From positions 38,049-102,048 of the forward strand of contig JBDRQF010000053.1 in assembly GCA_043826435.1 (NCBI GenBank): a stretch of 64,000 nucleotides of DNA, in the 5' to 3' direction. The DNA comes from Elusimicrobiota bacterium. Its GTDB lineage: Bacteria > Elusimicrobiota > Endomicrobiia > CG1-02-37-114 > JAHJSO01. The position numbers were made by a program, and so were the translations under genes. The notes under the pieces are model-generated. The model saw only the letters and a program-made list of their open reading frames with translations, searched no databases and was not told the origin of the DNA. Each line of letters starts with the position of its first letter. Within the stretch, counting starts at the first letter, position 1. Of the stretch, positions 10,890 to 20,994 are shown piece after piece.

Positions 10890-11666
10890 TTATTTTCTTG
10901 CCTTTATCACACACACACCATTGACCCCACAAATTGAAGGCGCATTTTCCTTCTCTAATTCGTCCGACTTAGAGACATTCCAATATTTATTATCTGTTCT
11001 TTTATAGTAAAGTTCTTTCTCAATTTTAAAACCTTCCAATAATTTCAAAATCCTATCTTTATCATATACCCTGTAGTTTTTTGTTATCATGTTTTTGCCA
11101 AAAGGAACTGAAAGTATAAATATTCCATTTTCTTTTAATAGCCCATAAACTTTTTTTGCTACCATCATATCTCCATCAATATATTTTTCAGAACCATATA
11201 CTTCCAACCCGATGTGTTCTAATACCGATATTGCAACGACAGCATCAAACTTCTCATTAAAATCTATACAATTTAAATCACCTTTAATAAATGTCAATCT
11301 ATTGTGTGAAATATCATAGTCCCTGATATCTACCCCAAAAACTTCATAACCAATGCTTGCCAGTTCCAATGCCTCATAACTGCCGCTACATCCAAACACT
11401 AATACTTTGCTGCCAAATGGTATATCTAATAATCTGAACAAGAGAGGATACTCTACGATTCTTTCTGTCACATAAAAGTCAAAGTGTTTTGGTAACTTCT
11501 TCCGCCATAAAAATTCAAAGACACCACGCAATCTAAAAAAAATATTATTGGGTGCTTTGTAATAATATACCAGGGGAAAACTTTCATATGGATGTTCAAA
11601 AAACCTATGCTGGATAAAAAGTTGCAAAGATAGAAATTTTTTGCATTTTTTTATTATATTTGTCAT
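10890..11666 (-). CDS. SAM methyltransferase (DUF268-like)
   Basis: ERIVEYP; FDAVVAISVLEHIGL..YG; SVPFG; YRVYD. Confidence 0.75.
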   Translation of the reverse strand: MTNIIKKCKKFLSLQLFIQHRFFEHPYESFPLVYYYKAPNNIFFRLRGVFEFLWRKKLPKHFDFYVTERIVEYPLLFRLLDIPFGSKVLVFGCSGSYEALELASIGYEVFGVDIRDYDISHNRLTFIKGDLNCIDFNEKFDAVVAISVLEHIGLEVYGSEKYIDGDMMVAKKVYGLLKENGIFILSVPFGKNMITKNYRVYDKDRILKLLEGFKIEKELYYKRTDNKYWNVSKSDELEKENAPSICGVNGVCVIKARK

Positions 11667-13036
11667 AATTTTTTCCCCCTTATAGTGTAAATCTCAGGTA
11701 ATCTGAGTACGATAGCAGTCAAAAACCAGAATGGCCCCATGATCCTTATAATGATAAAGGTATTCACGGCAACAGATTGAAAAATTAAGGCGATTAACGC
11801 CGAGAAAAGCCCCAGCGCAAGACCCTTAGCAAGCCAGTCATCAATTGTGTTGAAAATTTTAATGGCATTTTTCCCGACGGAATACATCAGCCATATAAAA
11901 GCCAGGAGTCCGACAATTCCTGTTTCTCCAAGAATCAGAGGAAACATGGTATCAACAAGCCCTACGCCTGTTAATCCATGACCCATCAGAGGTTCTCTCG
12001 GAAGCCACACAAAGAAGGCCTTTTTCCAACTTTCAACCCTTGCAAGGGCGGATGCTTCCCTTACCCTTATTCCGCCGACTGCCGTTTGCTCGTCGGTCCC
12101 TGCAAATGTTTCCTGTATTCTGCCAAGGACATCCTGTGTTGGTTTCGGGAATAAAATTGGAGAAAACAACAGCCCAGTTATAAAAATCATTATCAATAAC
12201 AGTTTTCTTTTTTGTGCGAGCAGGACAACGCTCATGCACATCGGAATAAATGCAAAGAATGAGGCGCGGGAGAATGTGTATGCAAGGGTAGGCAGCGCAA
12301 AAACAAACAAACCCATAAACAATATCGCATATTTTGTGGTGGGGGCATAACAGAAAAGCCCCAACAGGACGGACATAACTATCAGGAGGTAGCCCCCGAG
12401 GGATGCGGACTCACCTGTCCCGCTAACGGGGTCAAAGTCAAAGGGCGCATAAATCCTGCCAACCCTGCCGATGAGCGTGTATCCGTACAGGTTGACGATA
12501 ATAAAGGTTATCAGTCCCGCGATAAGGAGGTGTTTAACCTGGCGGGTATCCCTGACGATATTTGCGGTCATAATGAACAGAATGAAATATTCAATATATT
12601 TCAGGAGATAAAAGAATGATTTTACCGGTTTAATATAACCGAGGACAATTCCCCGGGCAGTGAAAAGGACGCATATAAGCGTGTAAATGAAAATCTGGCG
12701 GTTGATTGGCGTTCGGACAAAAAGGGCCATTTCCTTTCTTATCGCCATGTGCACAAGCCAGACGACGAAGAGCGCCAGCAATATAAAATCGTCGTACCTG
12801 ACCACGACGGACCTGCCGGGGAGCTGGGCGAGCGGGATTTCAGGGGAGAGGAGCATTGAGAATACCAGAGTGACGAGTCCGTATTGAATGTTCAGGAAAG
12901 ATATGAAAATGAATGCGAGGCCGAGGATGAGCGCGAACAAAAAATGAATTTTTATGTTGACGATTATTACGCCCGCCAGAAACGCCAGCAGGATGACTGC
13001 AAAAAACATTATGAGGGGGGTTGAATAAACCGGCAT
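11663..13036 (-). CDS. O-antigen polymerase/ligase (Wzy_C family) membrane protein
   Basis: Multi-TM; TFSRAS; R...W....PLMGHG; ETGIVGL. Start placed at ATG 13036 from promoter geometry. Confidence 0.8.
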   Translation of the reverse strand: MPVYSTPLIMFFAVILLAFLAGVIIVNIKIHFLFALILGLAFIFISFLNIQYGLVTLVFSMLLSPEIPLAQLPGRSVVVRYDDFILLALFVVWLVHMAIRKEMALFVRTPINRQIFIYTLICVLFTARGIVLGYIKPVKSFFYLLKYIEYFILFIMTANIVRDTRQVKHLLIAGLITFIIVNLYGYTLIGRVGRIYAPFDFDPVSGTGESASLGGYLLIVMSVLLGLFCYAPTTKYAILFMGLFVFALPTLAYTFSRASFFAFIPMCMSVVLLAQKRKLLLIMIFITGLLFSPILFPKPTQDVLGRIQETFAGTDEQTAVGGIRVREASALARVESWKKAFFVWLPREPLMGHGLTGVGLVDTMFPLILGETGIVGLLAFIWLMYSVGKNAIKIFNTIDDWLAKGLALGLFSALIALIFQSVAVNTFIIIRIMGPFWFLTAIVLRLPEIYTIRGKKL

Positions 13037-13043
13037 TTCAGTC

Positions 13044-13106
13044 ATTATACAAAAAAGATTTTTTTTAATCAAGGGGCTTGATTTTTCACAAAAAATTTTG
13101 TATTAT
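13044..13106. promoter_or_regulatory. Back-to-back divergent sigma70 promoters
   Basis: Minus: TTGATT(13072-67)-17-TATAAT(13049-44). Plus: TTGATT(13078-83)-17-TATTAT(13101-06). Confidence 0.7.
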
Positions 13107-13113
13107 GTAGTGT

Positions 13114-13629
13114 ATGTTCTGGTTTAAAATACTCAAGAAAATCGTTAAACTCCTCAATTCAAACATATCACCCGACGAGTTAGCACTCGGCGCGGCGCTG
13201 GGCGCCGTTGTCGGGCTGACCCCTCTGGTCGGACTGCACAACCTCTTCATAGTGGTTCTCATAATTGTTTTGAACGTGAACCCTGCCGCCTCGGGGTTGT
13301 CCGCCCTGTTTTTTGGATTTTTGTCTCTGTTGACCGACCCGCTGGCGCACCGCATAGGACATTACCTTCTGGTCCAGAACGGAGCGCTTACGCCGTTGTG
13401 GACCTCCCTTTACAATATGCCCGTTGTCCCGTGGACGAGGTTTTATAACACCGTCTTTATGGGGAGTTTTGTCATCTCCCTTGTCCTGTTTGTTCCGGTG
13501 CTTGTTTTTTCAAGGAAATTCATCGTCTATTACAGGAAGAACCTTATGGGCAGGGTTCAGAATATGAAGATAACGAAAATGCTGAAGTTGACGGGTGTCT
13601 ATAAATTTTATGACAAACTGAGAGGGTAG
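13114..13629 (+). CDS. TIGR03546 family membrane protein
   Basis: LNSNISP.ELALG; LYNMP.VPWTRFYNTVFMGS; paired with the next gene. Confidence 0.85.
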   Translation: MFWFKILKKIVKLLNSNISPDELALGAALGAVVGLTPLVGLHNLFIVVLIIVLNVNPAASGLSALFFGFLSLLTDPLAHRIGHYLLVQNGALTPLWTSLYNMPVVPWTRFYNTVFMGSFVISLVLFVPVLVFSRKFIVYYRKNLMGRVQNMKITKMLKLTGVYKFYDKLRG

Positions 13630-13637
13630 TCCGGATA

Positions 13638-15605
13638 ATGAAATACATCAGATGGAAAGCCGTTGTCCCGTTGGTTATAATAACTGCGATTGTGCTTGTC
13701 TTTTGCGTGTTTCTGATTGATGGCATAACAAGGAAGATGCTGGTCTCCGCAGGTGAAATGATATTCTCCGCAAAGGTTGACATCGGCAGTGTCCGTATAA
13801 AGTTTAAGGGGCCTTCCATTGAAATTACCGGCATCGGGGTCGCGGACAAAAACGACCCGTTCAAGAACTTGTTTGAGGCGGACAGAGTAAAGTTCGGCGT
13901 GTCATTTATTCATCTTCTATCAAAAAGGGTTATAATTGACGACATAATTGTTGACGGCGTCCGATGGTCAACCCGGAGATTGACTTCGGGGGCGCTCCCT
14001 CCGAAGAAACAGAAAAGGATAGAAAAGGCAAAGAAGAAGGAGGATAAGGACTCCATAACGGCTAAACTGTTAGGCGGACTTAAGGAAAAAGCGGCCAGGG
14101 AAATAGCGGCATTGCCGGCAGTAAAGGATGCAAAAGAGTCGGGGGAACAACTTAAGGCGTTTGACGGAAAAAAACTCATTGACGAGACGGCGGATGAACT
14201 GGAATCAAAAAAGGCGATTGAAGTCCTGAACAAAGAGGTATCTGAAAAACAGGAAAAATACACTGCCGCTCTAAACAACATAGACGTCCAGCAGCAGGTC
14301 AAAACAGTACAGGGACTCTCAGGAGAGATATCGGGGCTGAAGGTTGAAAAGATGGAGGACGTGCAGCCGGCCCAGGGAAAACTTTCCCAGATGGAGGCGG
14401 CCGGAAAATCGCTTGAGGAGACACGCTCAAAACTTGACGGTTTGTGGAAAGAGGCGTCTGCGGATATCACGGAAAAGCAGAAACTCGTTGAAAGCATAAA
14501 CGGTTTAATACGAAAGGACTACGAGAAACTTCTGGCAAAGGTCAAACTGCCGGACATCTCAAAAGGGAATATATCGCAGGCGCTCTTCGGCCGGATGTGG
14601 CTTGACAGGGTTAACAACGTCCTCAGCTACATCCATCTGGCAAGGAAATACATGGGGCCCCGCAAAAAGGGAGAGAAAAAGACGGTGCGTCCCCGACTGA
14701 AAGGCGTGGACGTTGTTTTTCACAGGGACAAAGGATTGCCCGGTTTTCTTGTCAGAAACGTCCGGATATCGGCAACGACCGGTGGCAGGGGGAAGGACGA
14801 GGAGAGAGCAATTTCACTGGCAGGGGGAGCGTCTGATTGGACTTCGGATCCTGTCCTGCTGGGCAGCCCTGCAAAGATTAAGTTGGAAGGAAAATCAAAG
14901 GACCGTGTTTATTCAGTGGACGGAATTTTTGACCATACTGGCGAAACCCCTCTGGATGAAATTTCCATTGAGATGAAAGGCATTGACATAAGCGGGATTG
15001 AATTCGGTGAAAGCGAGTACCTGCCGGCAATGAAAGAGGGGAAGATAAGGATAAGGTCCGGTTTTGCCCTGAAAGGGGATGCCCTTGACTGCAGGATGTT
15101 CATAAACGTTACGGGGTTAAAATTTGCCGTCATAAAGGGAGGCGGCGATGAAATGCAAAAAGTTCTGAACGAGGTATATAGGAGCATAGATTCAGTTGAA
15201 ATAAACGCCCGGCTCTACGGGGTTTCCGGCGATTTAAAGTCAGAGTTAAATTCAAACCTTGACGGGTTGATATCAAACAAACTGAAATCCATTTATAGCG
15301 CAAAGACCGATGAAGTCCGCGCAAAGATTAAAACGTCGCTGGACGAATATGTCGGCGCAGAAAAAGACAATCTCCTGAAGGGCTATGACGCCGGCAGGGA
15401 AAACATTGAAAAAATGTATTCGGAAAAACGCGGGACGATAGAAGAACAGAAGAAAGTAATTGAGGCAAAAGTAAGAGAAATTAACGATAAGATTGACGCG
15501 CTGAAAGAACAAGAGAAAAAGAAGAGGGAGAAAGAGTTAAAGCAGAAAGAAGAAGAGTTAAAACAGAAAGCAGCGCCCCAGATTGAAAAACTCTTTAAGA
15601 GATAA
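13638..15605 (+). CDS. TIGR03545 family protein (AsmA-like N-terminus, coiled coils)
   Basis: IRWK N-terminal TM; AKVDI; P.KNLFE; R.TSGAL; R.KG.DV.F. Confidence 0.8.
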   Translation: MKYIRWKAVVPLVIITAIVLVFCVFLIDGITRKMLVSAGEMIFSAKVDIGSVRIKFKGPSIEITGIGVADKNDPFKNLFEADRVKFGVSFIHLLSKRVIIDDIIVDGVRWSTRRLTSGALPPKKQKRIEKAKKKEDKDSITAKLLGGLKEKAAREIAALPAVKDAKESGEQLKAFDGKKLIDETADELESKKAIEVLNKEVSEKQEKYTAALNNIDVQQQVKTVQGLSGEISGLKVEKMEDVQPAQGKLSQMEAAGKSLEETRSKLDGLWKEASADITEKQKLVESINGLIRKDYEKLLAKVKLPDISKGNISQALFGRMWLDRVNNVLSYIHLARKYMGPRKKGEKKTVRPRLKGVDVVFHRDKGLPGFLVRNVRISATTGGRGKDEERAISLAGGASDWTSDPVLLGSPAKIKLEGKSKDRVYSVDGIFDHTGETPLDEISIEMKGIDISGIEFGESEYLPAMKEGKIRIRSGFALKGDALDCRMFINVTGLKFAVIKGGGDEMQKVLNEVYRSIDSVEINARLYGVSGDLKSELNSNLDGLISNKLKSIYSAKTDEVRAKIKTSLDEYVGAEKDNLLKGYDAGRENIEKMYSEKRGTIEEQKKVIEAKVREINDKIDALKEQEKKKREKELKQKEEELKQKAAPQIEKLFKR

Positions 15606-15628
15606 ACATAAGGATGGCGGTGCCGGGT

Positions 15629-16006
15629 TTACTCAAGGAGTTTGGCGAATATGCTTTCCCTTAAGTATTTAAAATCAAACGGTTTGAATATGCAATCAAA
15701 AGCCCCCAGACGGAACGCCTGCACAACCTTTTCCGCATCCCTGTAAGCAGTAATCATCATAACATGTGTCTCTGGTTTGATTTTTTTTATTTCAACAAGG
15801 GTTTCAAGCCCGCCCATCCCCGGCATGGCAAGGTCAAGTAAAACCATATCAATTTGCTCGTTTTTTATTTTTTCAATCGCCTGTTCCCCCGAATGTGATG
15901 TATATACCTTGAACCCCTCTTTGGCAAGGAAATCACCTAAAACAAGTACCATGTCGGGCTCGTCATCTACGATAAGAACTTTACCATTTTTCTGTTTTTT
16001 TGCCAT
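15629..16006 (-). CDS. Stand-alone response regulator receiver
   Basis: VLIVDDE, LLDLAMPG, MITA, KPF; AAAGGAG SD. Confidence 0.9.
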   Translation of the reverse strand: MAKKQKNGKVLIVDDEPDMVLVLGDFLAKEGFKVYTSHSGEQAIEKIKNEQIDMVLLDLAMPGMGGLETLVEIKKIKPETHVMMITAYRDAEKVVQAFRLGAFDCIFKPFDFKYLRESIFAKLLE

Positions 16007-16088
16007 TATTCATTGTCTCCTTTCTAAGAGTACAACCAGTGATTCCCACCCGCTCTCAGGGGGATTATAGCATCTAAGAAGATGTGTG

Positions 16089-17216
16089 TCAGTCGGCAAT
16101 CTGTCTGCCTGTAAGCATAAGCAGAACCACGACAAGGAAAAATACGGTTGCCTGTACGATTAGTATTAAAGAGCCGGTTGTGCCCGCGTCCCGTATAACA
16201 AGCGCCCCCAGTCCCAGTGACAAACTCAGCAAGACAATAAAACCCACGCTCCGAGGTATTGAGAATCCCATTTTCATAAGACGGTGGTGAAAGTGATCTT
16301 TGCCGACATACTCCAGCCACTGCCGGACATTCCGGACCCGCCCGTTTTTTATGCGGGAGATTGTTGTGTAAATCATGTCAAATATAGGTATGCCGAGAAT
16401 CAGCAACGGGGTTGACAACGCCACCACGGGGTTGTTTTCCGCCCAGCTACCCATAACCCCTATTCCGGCGAGCACGAACCCGATAAAGGTTGAGCCGGAA
16501 TCGCCTAAAAATATTTTTGCGGGGTTCCAGTTGAAAAATAAAAATCCGGTGCAGGCCCCGGCCAGCGCGATGCACAAAAAACCCAGGAAGGTCTGTTCGG
16601 TCGGCATGGCTATGAGGAAGAACAACAGGGAACACATTACGCCGAAAGAGGAAACAAGCCCGTCAATGCCATCCAGAAAATTCACCGCATTGGCGATGCC
16701 GATAAACCACAGGACGGTTATAATTGCCTCAAGCAGTTTCTCCATAGGCCAGTGCGACGGGATGAAGGTGATGGACACCCCGCTTTTTATAACTATAAGT
16801 GAGGCGAGTATTTGCAGTGCAATTCTCGGGACAGCGCCCAGCGGGTAAACGTCGTCAAGTAAACCGAGAATGAAAATTATCGTCCCGCCGATCAGGAGTC
16901 CCATCAGTTCTCTTGAAAATTGCAAATTACGGAGCAGCGTGAACAGGAACGCCAGGAAAATGGCTATGCCCCCTATCCTCGGCGTCGGAAGAATATGCAC
17001 CTTCCTCCCGTCAGGGTGGTCCAGGAGTTTCAGTTTGTGGGCTGAGTATATGGCTATTATTGTAAAGAATATGCTCATGAAGAAAGAGAGAAGGAAAACA
17101 TACAGCCATCGGATTCCCAGTATGTAAGCCCATCTCCCGCCCGTCGGGGAAAGAAGCATAAGCAGGATAGTGCCTGTGAGTATGAGATATATCTTGTGGG
17201 AGGTTTTTACGTTCAT
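16089..17216 (-). CDS. WecA/TagO-like polyprenyl-phosphate HexNAc-1-P transferase (MraY family)
   Basis: PTPRIGG, GLLDD, NFLDGIDGL, PAKIFLGDSGS, HFHHRL. Confidence 0.9.
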   Translation of the reverse strand: MNVKTSHKIYLILTGTILLMLLSPTGGRWAYILGIRWLYVFLLSFFMSIFFTIIAIYSAHKLKLLDHPDGRKVHILPTPRIGGIAIFLAFLFTLLRNLQFSRELMGLLIGGTIIFILGLLDDVYPLGAVPRIALQILASLIVIKSGVSITFIPSHWPMEKLLEAIITVLWFIGIANAVNFLDGIDGLVSSFGVMCSLLFFLIAMPTEQTFLGFLCIALAGACTGFLFFNWNPAKIFLGDSGSTFIGFVLAGIGVMGSWAENNPVVALSTPLLILGIPIFDMIYTTISRIKNGRVRNVRQWLEYVGKDHFHHRLMKMGFSIPRSVGFIVLLSLSLGLGALVIRDAGTTGSLILIVQATVFFLVVVLLMLTGRQIAD

Positions 17217-17830
17217 ATATTAAAGTCCAGGGCAAGACGCAGGGGTGTAAACCCCTCGGCGTATTTTACCCTATTCTGGAAACCACGGAAAATTGCACAG
17301 GAGCGGACGCTCTCCAGTATGGAAAGGCCCGCAACCTTTGTGGCTTGGACCTGTGAGCGGTGCATTCCGAGGATGAGAAATTTTTGTTTTATCGTTTTCC
17401 TGACGTCAACAAAAACGCTCGGCGAAAAGTTTATTGATGTCGGGACCTCGTAAAACAGGACATTCCGGGCATATCTTGTAGCGGTGATTGTCGCCTGTGC
17501 AACGTTCCTGTGGTCCTGGTGGGTGTCTTCCGGGTAGTGTCCGAAAATCAGGTTTGGAGATGTTTTCTTTATGATATGTTCAATGTTGTTTATCAGTTCC
17601 TTTGTTAACTGGATTTTCGTATCGCCAAAATTCCCCGTAAAAAGTTTCGCGCCCAGGCGGGCAGCCACTTTCTTCTGCTCGGAAAAACGCTTTTCCGGGT
17701 CGCCGCCCACCTCGCCTTTTGTGAGGACGAAAAGGAAGATTTTGTGCCCCGCGTTTTTGAATTTAATAAGCGTCCCGCCGCATCCGTATTCCAGGTCGTC
17801 AGGGTGCGAACCGATAGCAAGGATATTCAT
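17213..17830 (-). CDS. PIG-L family N-deacetylase
   Basis: SHPDDLEYGCGG; HQDH; HRSQ. Confidence 0.9.
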   Translation of the reverse strand: MNILAIGSHPDDLEYGCGGTLIKFKNAGHKIFLFVLTKGEVGGDPEKRFSEQKKVAARLGAKLFTGNFGDTKIQLTKELINNIEHIIKKTSPNLIFGHYPEDTHQDHRNVAQATITATRYARNVLFYEVPTSINFSPSVFVDVRKTIKQKFLILGMHRSQVQATKVAGLSILESVRSCAIFRGFQNRVKYAEGFTPLRLALDFNI

Positions 17831-17862
17831 TTTTTATTAACCTCCGTATCAATCCCATTTGC

Positions 17863-18663
17863 TCACAAAGACAAACTCTGGATTGTCTCTTTTATCGTTT
17901 CGGTATTTATGCCTGAAATTTCCTTGCCGTAACCGACCAGCAGGGCGGAATCGCAAATCTGGTTTATCCTTCGGGGAATCCCGCCCGAACGTTCGTATAT
18001 AATGGGGAACACGCCCTGCTCAAAAATCCGATTCTGCGCCCCGGCGATCGTCAGGCGGTGTTCTATGTAGCGGGGCAGTTCTTCACGGGTCAGGGCTTCC
18101 AGATGAAACTTCATCGCAATCCTCTGGCTCAGTTGTTTTATGCCCTCTATCCTTTCCTTTAATTCAGGTTGGCCGATAAGCAGAAGTGTAAGCAGGAATT
18201 TGTTTTCCGACTGGAAATTCAGCAACAACCGTATCTCCTCAAATATGTTCTTGTCTTCAATGACGTGCGCCTCGTCTATTACGACTACGGTTTTTTTGCC
18301 GTCAGCGAGATTGTTTTTCAGGGTGTTTTCCATGGCGATTAGAACGTCCGCCTTGCGCGTCGGAGGCGGCTGAATTCCCAGGTTATGGGCAATCATCTTT
18401 AACAATTCAAGGTCATCCAGACGGGGGTTATTTATGATTGCAAGTTTATATACATCCTGTTCCAGTTCTTTCATCAGCGCCCTTGAGAGAAGGGTTTTCC
18501 CACACCCATAAACACCGGTGAGCAGTCCCGCCCCCTTGCTTTCTCTGACGACATAAAGCATCCGGGCAAGCCCCTCCTCGTGTTGCTTTGAGTTGTAAAA
18601 AAATTTTGGGTCGGGCGTGTTTTCAAAAGGCCTTTCTTTAAGGCCCCAGTATTCTTCATACAT
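17863..18663 (-). CDS. ExeA/GspA-like AAA ATPase
   Basis: Y..YWGL...PF..TPDP; GCGKT; IDEAH; GQPEL; GGIPRRIN. Confidence 0.88.
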   Translation of the reverse strand: MYEEYWGLKERPFENTPDPKFFYNSKQHEEGLARMLYVVRESKGAGLLTGVYGCGKTLLSRALMKELEQDVYKLAIINNPRLDDLELLKMIAHNLGIQPPPTRKADVLIAMENTLKNNLADGKKTVVVIDEAHVIEDKNIFEEIRLLLNFQSENKFLLTLLLIGQPELKERIEGIKQLSQRIAMKFHLEALTREELPRYIEHRLTIAGAQNRIFEQGVFPIIYERSGGIPRRINQICDSALLVGYGKEISGINTETIKETIQSLSL

Positions 18664-18685
18664 AGTTATCCGTCCCATGTGTGCA

Positions 18686-18838
18686 TGTCATTGCGAGGAG
18701 CATCAGCGGTTGCGAGGCGAAGCCGAAGCAAACCCCTTGTCTTATGTGTGCAACTTCATCCGTATATCTGCACATCCCTCATGCTAAATATTGCGCATGC
18801 TGTTTGAGATTGCCACGCCCTTCGGGCTCGCAATGACA
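18686..18838. repeat. Palindromic repeat cluster 1 (TGTCATTGCGAG...CTCGCAATGACA)
   Basis: Two inverted units; same family at five other sites. Confidence 0.9.
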
Positions 18839-18842
18839 CCTT

Positions 18843-19541
18843 TCAGTGAATAGTTACCCCGCCTCTCATTATGATGTCCCTGCTTTCGTTGCCGCAGTTA
18901 AACAATAAGTCAATGGCTGACATAAACGGTAAAAATGTTCCGAAGCATTGCCTGTATTCAGGGTGGACGAATTTCTGGTAAACCAGTTTTATGCCGTTTT
19001 TTTCAAACAGACCCTCGTCCATGTAATTCATCCCGCCTGCGCCGGAGAGGTACGTATCTGCCCCAAAATTTTTGCAGATGTCTATTATCCTTTGAGTACT
19101 TGTGGTTTCCAGGTTCAATCCGGAACTGAAATGCACCGGCGTTTTTATGTCAAAACACCCCGTTAAATATCTTACCGTTTCAACGTTTAAGTCCATAAGG
19201 GTTGTCCATTTTTTATTCAAGAGTTCCGAAAAAAAGCCATGGTGCCCGGTGAAGAAAGGGGCGGCTGCATAAGAGTGCTCAATCGTTTTTATGTGGTCAT
19301 TTGCCCAGCCCGCATCGTTGTCTATTTCCACCTCTGCGATTTTTTGCATATATCTGGATTTGGACACAATAGGGACCGTGAGCCAGAGCCAGCCGTTCCT
19401 CGTTTTTATCTTATTGCGGTTCTGGAATTCTCTTTTCTTATACTGGACGTCGTCAAGAAAAACAAAAACGTCGCTCTTTGCAATTTTATGAAAATACCCC
19501 AACCATGGCATGTATTGCGGCTGATGTACGGAAAGGATCAT
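18843..19541 (-). CDS. wbqC: WbqC family protein
   Basis: HQPQYMPWLGYF; FQNRNKI; YLSGAGG..Y; SAIDLLFN. Confidence 0.9.
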   Translation of the reverse strand: MILSVHQPQYMPWLGYFHKIAKSDVFVFLDDVQYKKREFQNRNKIKTRNGWLWLTVPIVSKSRYMQKIAEVEIDNDAGWANDHIKTIEHSYAAAPFFTGHHGFFSELLNKKWTTLMDLNVETVRYLTGCFDIKTPVHFSSGLNLETTSTQRIIDICKNFGADTYLSGAGGMNYMDEGLFEKNGIKLVYQKFVHPEYRQCFGTFLPFMSAIDLLFNCGNESRDIIMRGGVTIH

Positions 19542-19542
19542 C

Positions 19543-20994
19543 TCATTTCATTATACCAAAAAAAAGAGGGTTTGTCACTACCCTGCTGTTATTTTCCGCT
19601 TTTACTTCCACCCTGCAGTAATTTTTGCCCCGCAGGATGCCTGAATGCTTTTGCATGTCAACCTCAATGGCCGCGGGGAGTCGTTTTTTAAGGGTTTCCA
19701 CGACTATGCCGTTCAGCACTATCTTTATTTCGGCATTGTGTTTGCCTGTGTCGTCCGCATCAACCACAAATCTTAGCGAAGGATAGGTAGCCGTTTGCAA
19801 TTCCCCGCCCATTGTCGCCGATACCCCTTTTGACCCCGGCCTGCCGGGGCCGGGGGACGAATAAATTTCAATCTCTCTTAGAAATACCTGCCAGTCGTCC
19901 GGTCGCCATTTGCATACAACGTAAAACCTGCCGGTCCTGATAGCGTCCAAAACCTCTTCCCGGTTTAGTGAATTAACGAACAGTATGTTCCTGGCCATGT
20001 TCATGTAGGTGCCGTTATAGCCGTCGGAGATATAGTCCAGTTCGCCGAACGCCCACACGGGTTTTTTCCTTTTGTTCTCCTGGTATTCGTTTAATACCCT
20101 GTCCCACAGTCCACCCGGAACGCCGACGATATCGTCCCCTTCCCAGAAGTAGGCAAAGCCGGTGTAGTTTCGCGTTTTCACCAATGAATCGGGGTATGGT
20201 TTTGTCCGGACTTTCACGCCGTTTAACTCAGTCGCATTTTCATAATTCCGCGCCTCGGGGTGCGCCCAGAAGACGATTCCTTTCTGCGAAACCACATAGT
20301 CAATGAGCGACTGGTATGGCCCCTCGCCCCCGTCTTTGTATTGACTGAAATCCGGGGATTTGAATGGAAAGTTATTGACGATAAACACCGCTGAAATCAA
20401 CAGCACAAAAACCGCGGGGACGGGGCGTTTTTTAACCAGTAGCATGCCCAATAATAGCGTCGCAACCGGCCAGAGAAGAATTATCCTGAATTTTTCAGCG
20501 CCCCTGTTGCCGAGGACAGGCAGGTTTTTAAACTGTTCCGGGTCATCAAGCCCGGTTACGACCAGGTGTTTGTGGGCATTGTTCAGCGTAAACTCCTTTG
20601 TGAACGGCGAGCCGCTCCAGTAGTAATGCGGGGTGGACTCAAAGCCAGGCATGATTATTATGTCCGGATATTTTTCTTGTAAACGTTTTATCTCGTTTAA
20701 ATATTTTTCATAGCCGATCTGGAAAATGGAATTTTTCGCGTGCGACCTCTTCAGTATGTTGCTCAAAGGACGGACGCCGTATTCAGCCATGACAATGTCG
20801 TGGTCAGTGAGGATTATAACGTCAATCTTTTCTTTCCGCGCCAGGAGGACCAGTTCTTCAAGGGAGTGTCTTCCGGATGAACTGAAGGTTGAGTGGATGT
20901 GGACAATGCATGAGACCTGCCGGTATGCATGCGGCTCCACGGGGGCGATACAGGACGCCAGAATACACAATACGAAGCCCTTAAATATTTTCAT
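19543..20994 (-). CDS. Exported PHP-domain protein with internal TM hairpin
   Basis: HIHS, LTDHD, WAHP motifs; signal-like N-terminus; hydrophobic insert. Confidence 0.7.
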   Translation of the reverse strand: MKIFKGFVLCILASCIAPVEPHAYRQVSCIVHIHSTFSSSGRHSLEELVLLARKEKIDVIILTDHDIVMAEYGVRPLSNILKRSHAKNSIFQIGYEKYLNEIKRLQEKYPDIIIMPGFESTPHYYWSGSPFTKEFTLNNAHKHLVVTGLDDPEQFKNLPVLGNRGAEKFRIILLWPVATLLLGMLLVKKRPVPAVFVLLISAVFIVNNFPFKSPDFSQYKDGGEGPYQSLIDYVVSQKGIVFWAHPEARNYENATELNGVKVRTKPYPDSLVKTRNYTGFAYFWEGDDIVGVPGGLWDRVLNEYQENKRKKPVWAFGELDYISDGYNGTYMNMARNILFVNSLNREEVLDAIRTGRFYVVCKWRPDDWQVFLREIEIYSSPGPGRPGSKGVSATMGGELQTATYPSLRFVVDADDTGKHNAEIKIVLNGIVVETLKKRLPAAIEVDMQKHSGILRGKNYCRVEVKAENNSRVVTNPLFFGIMK

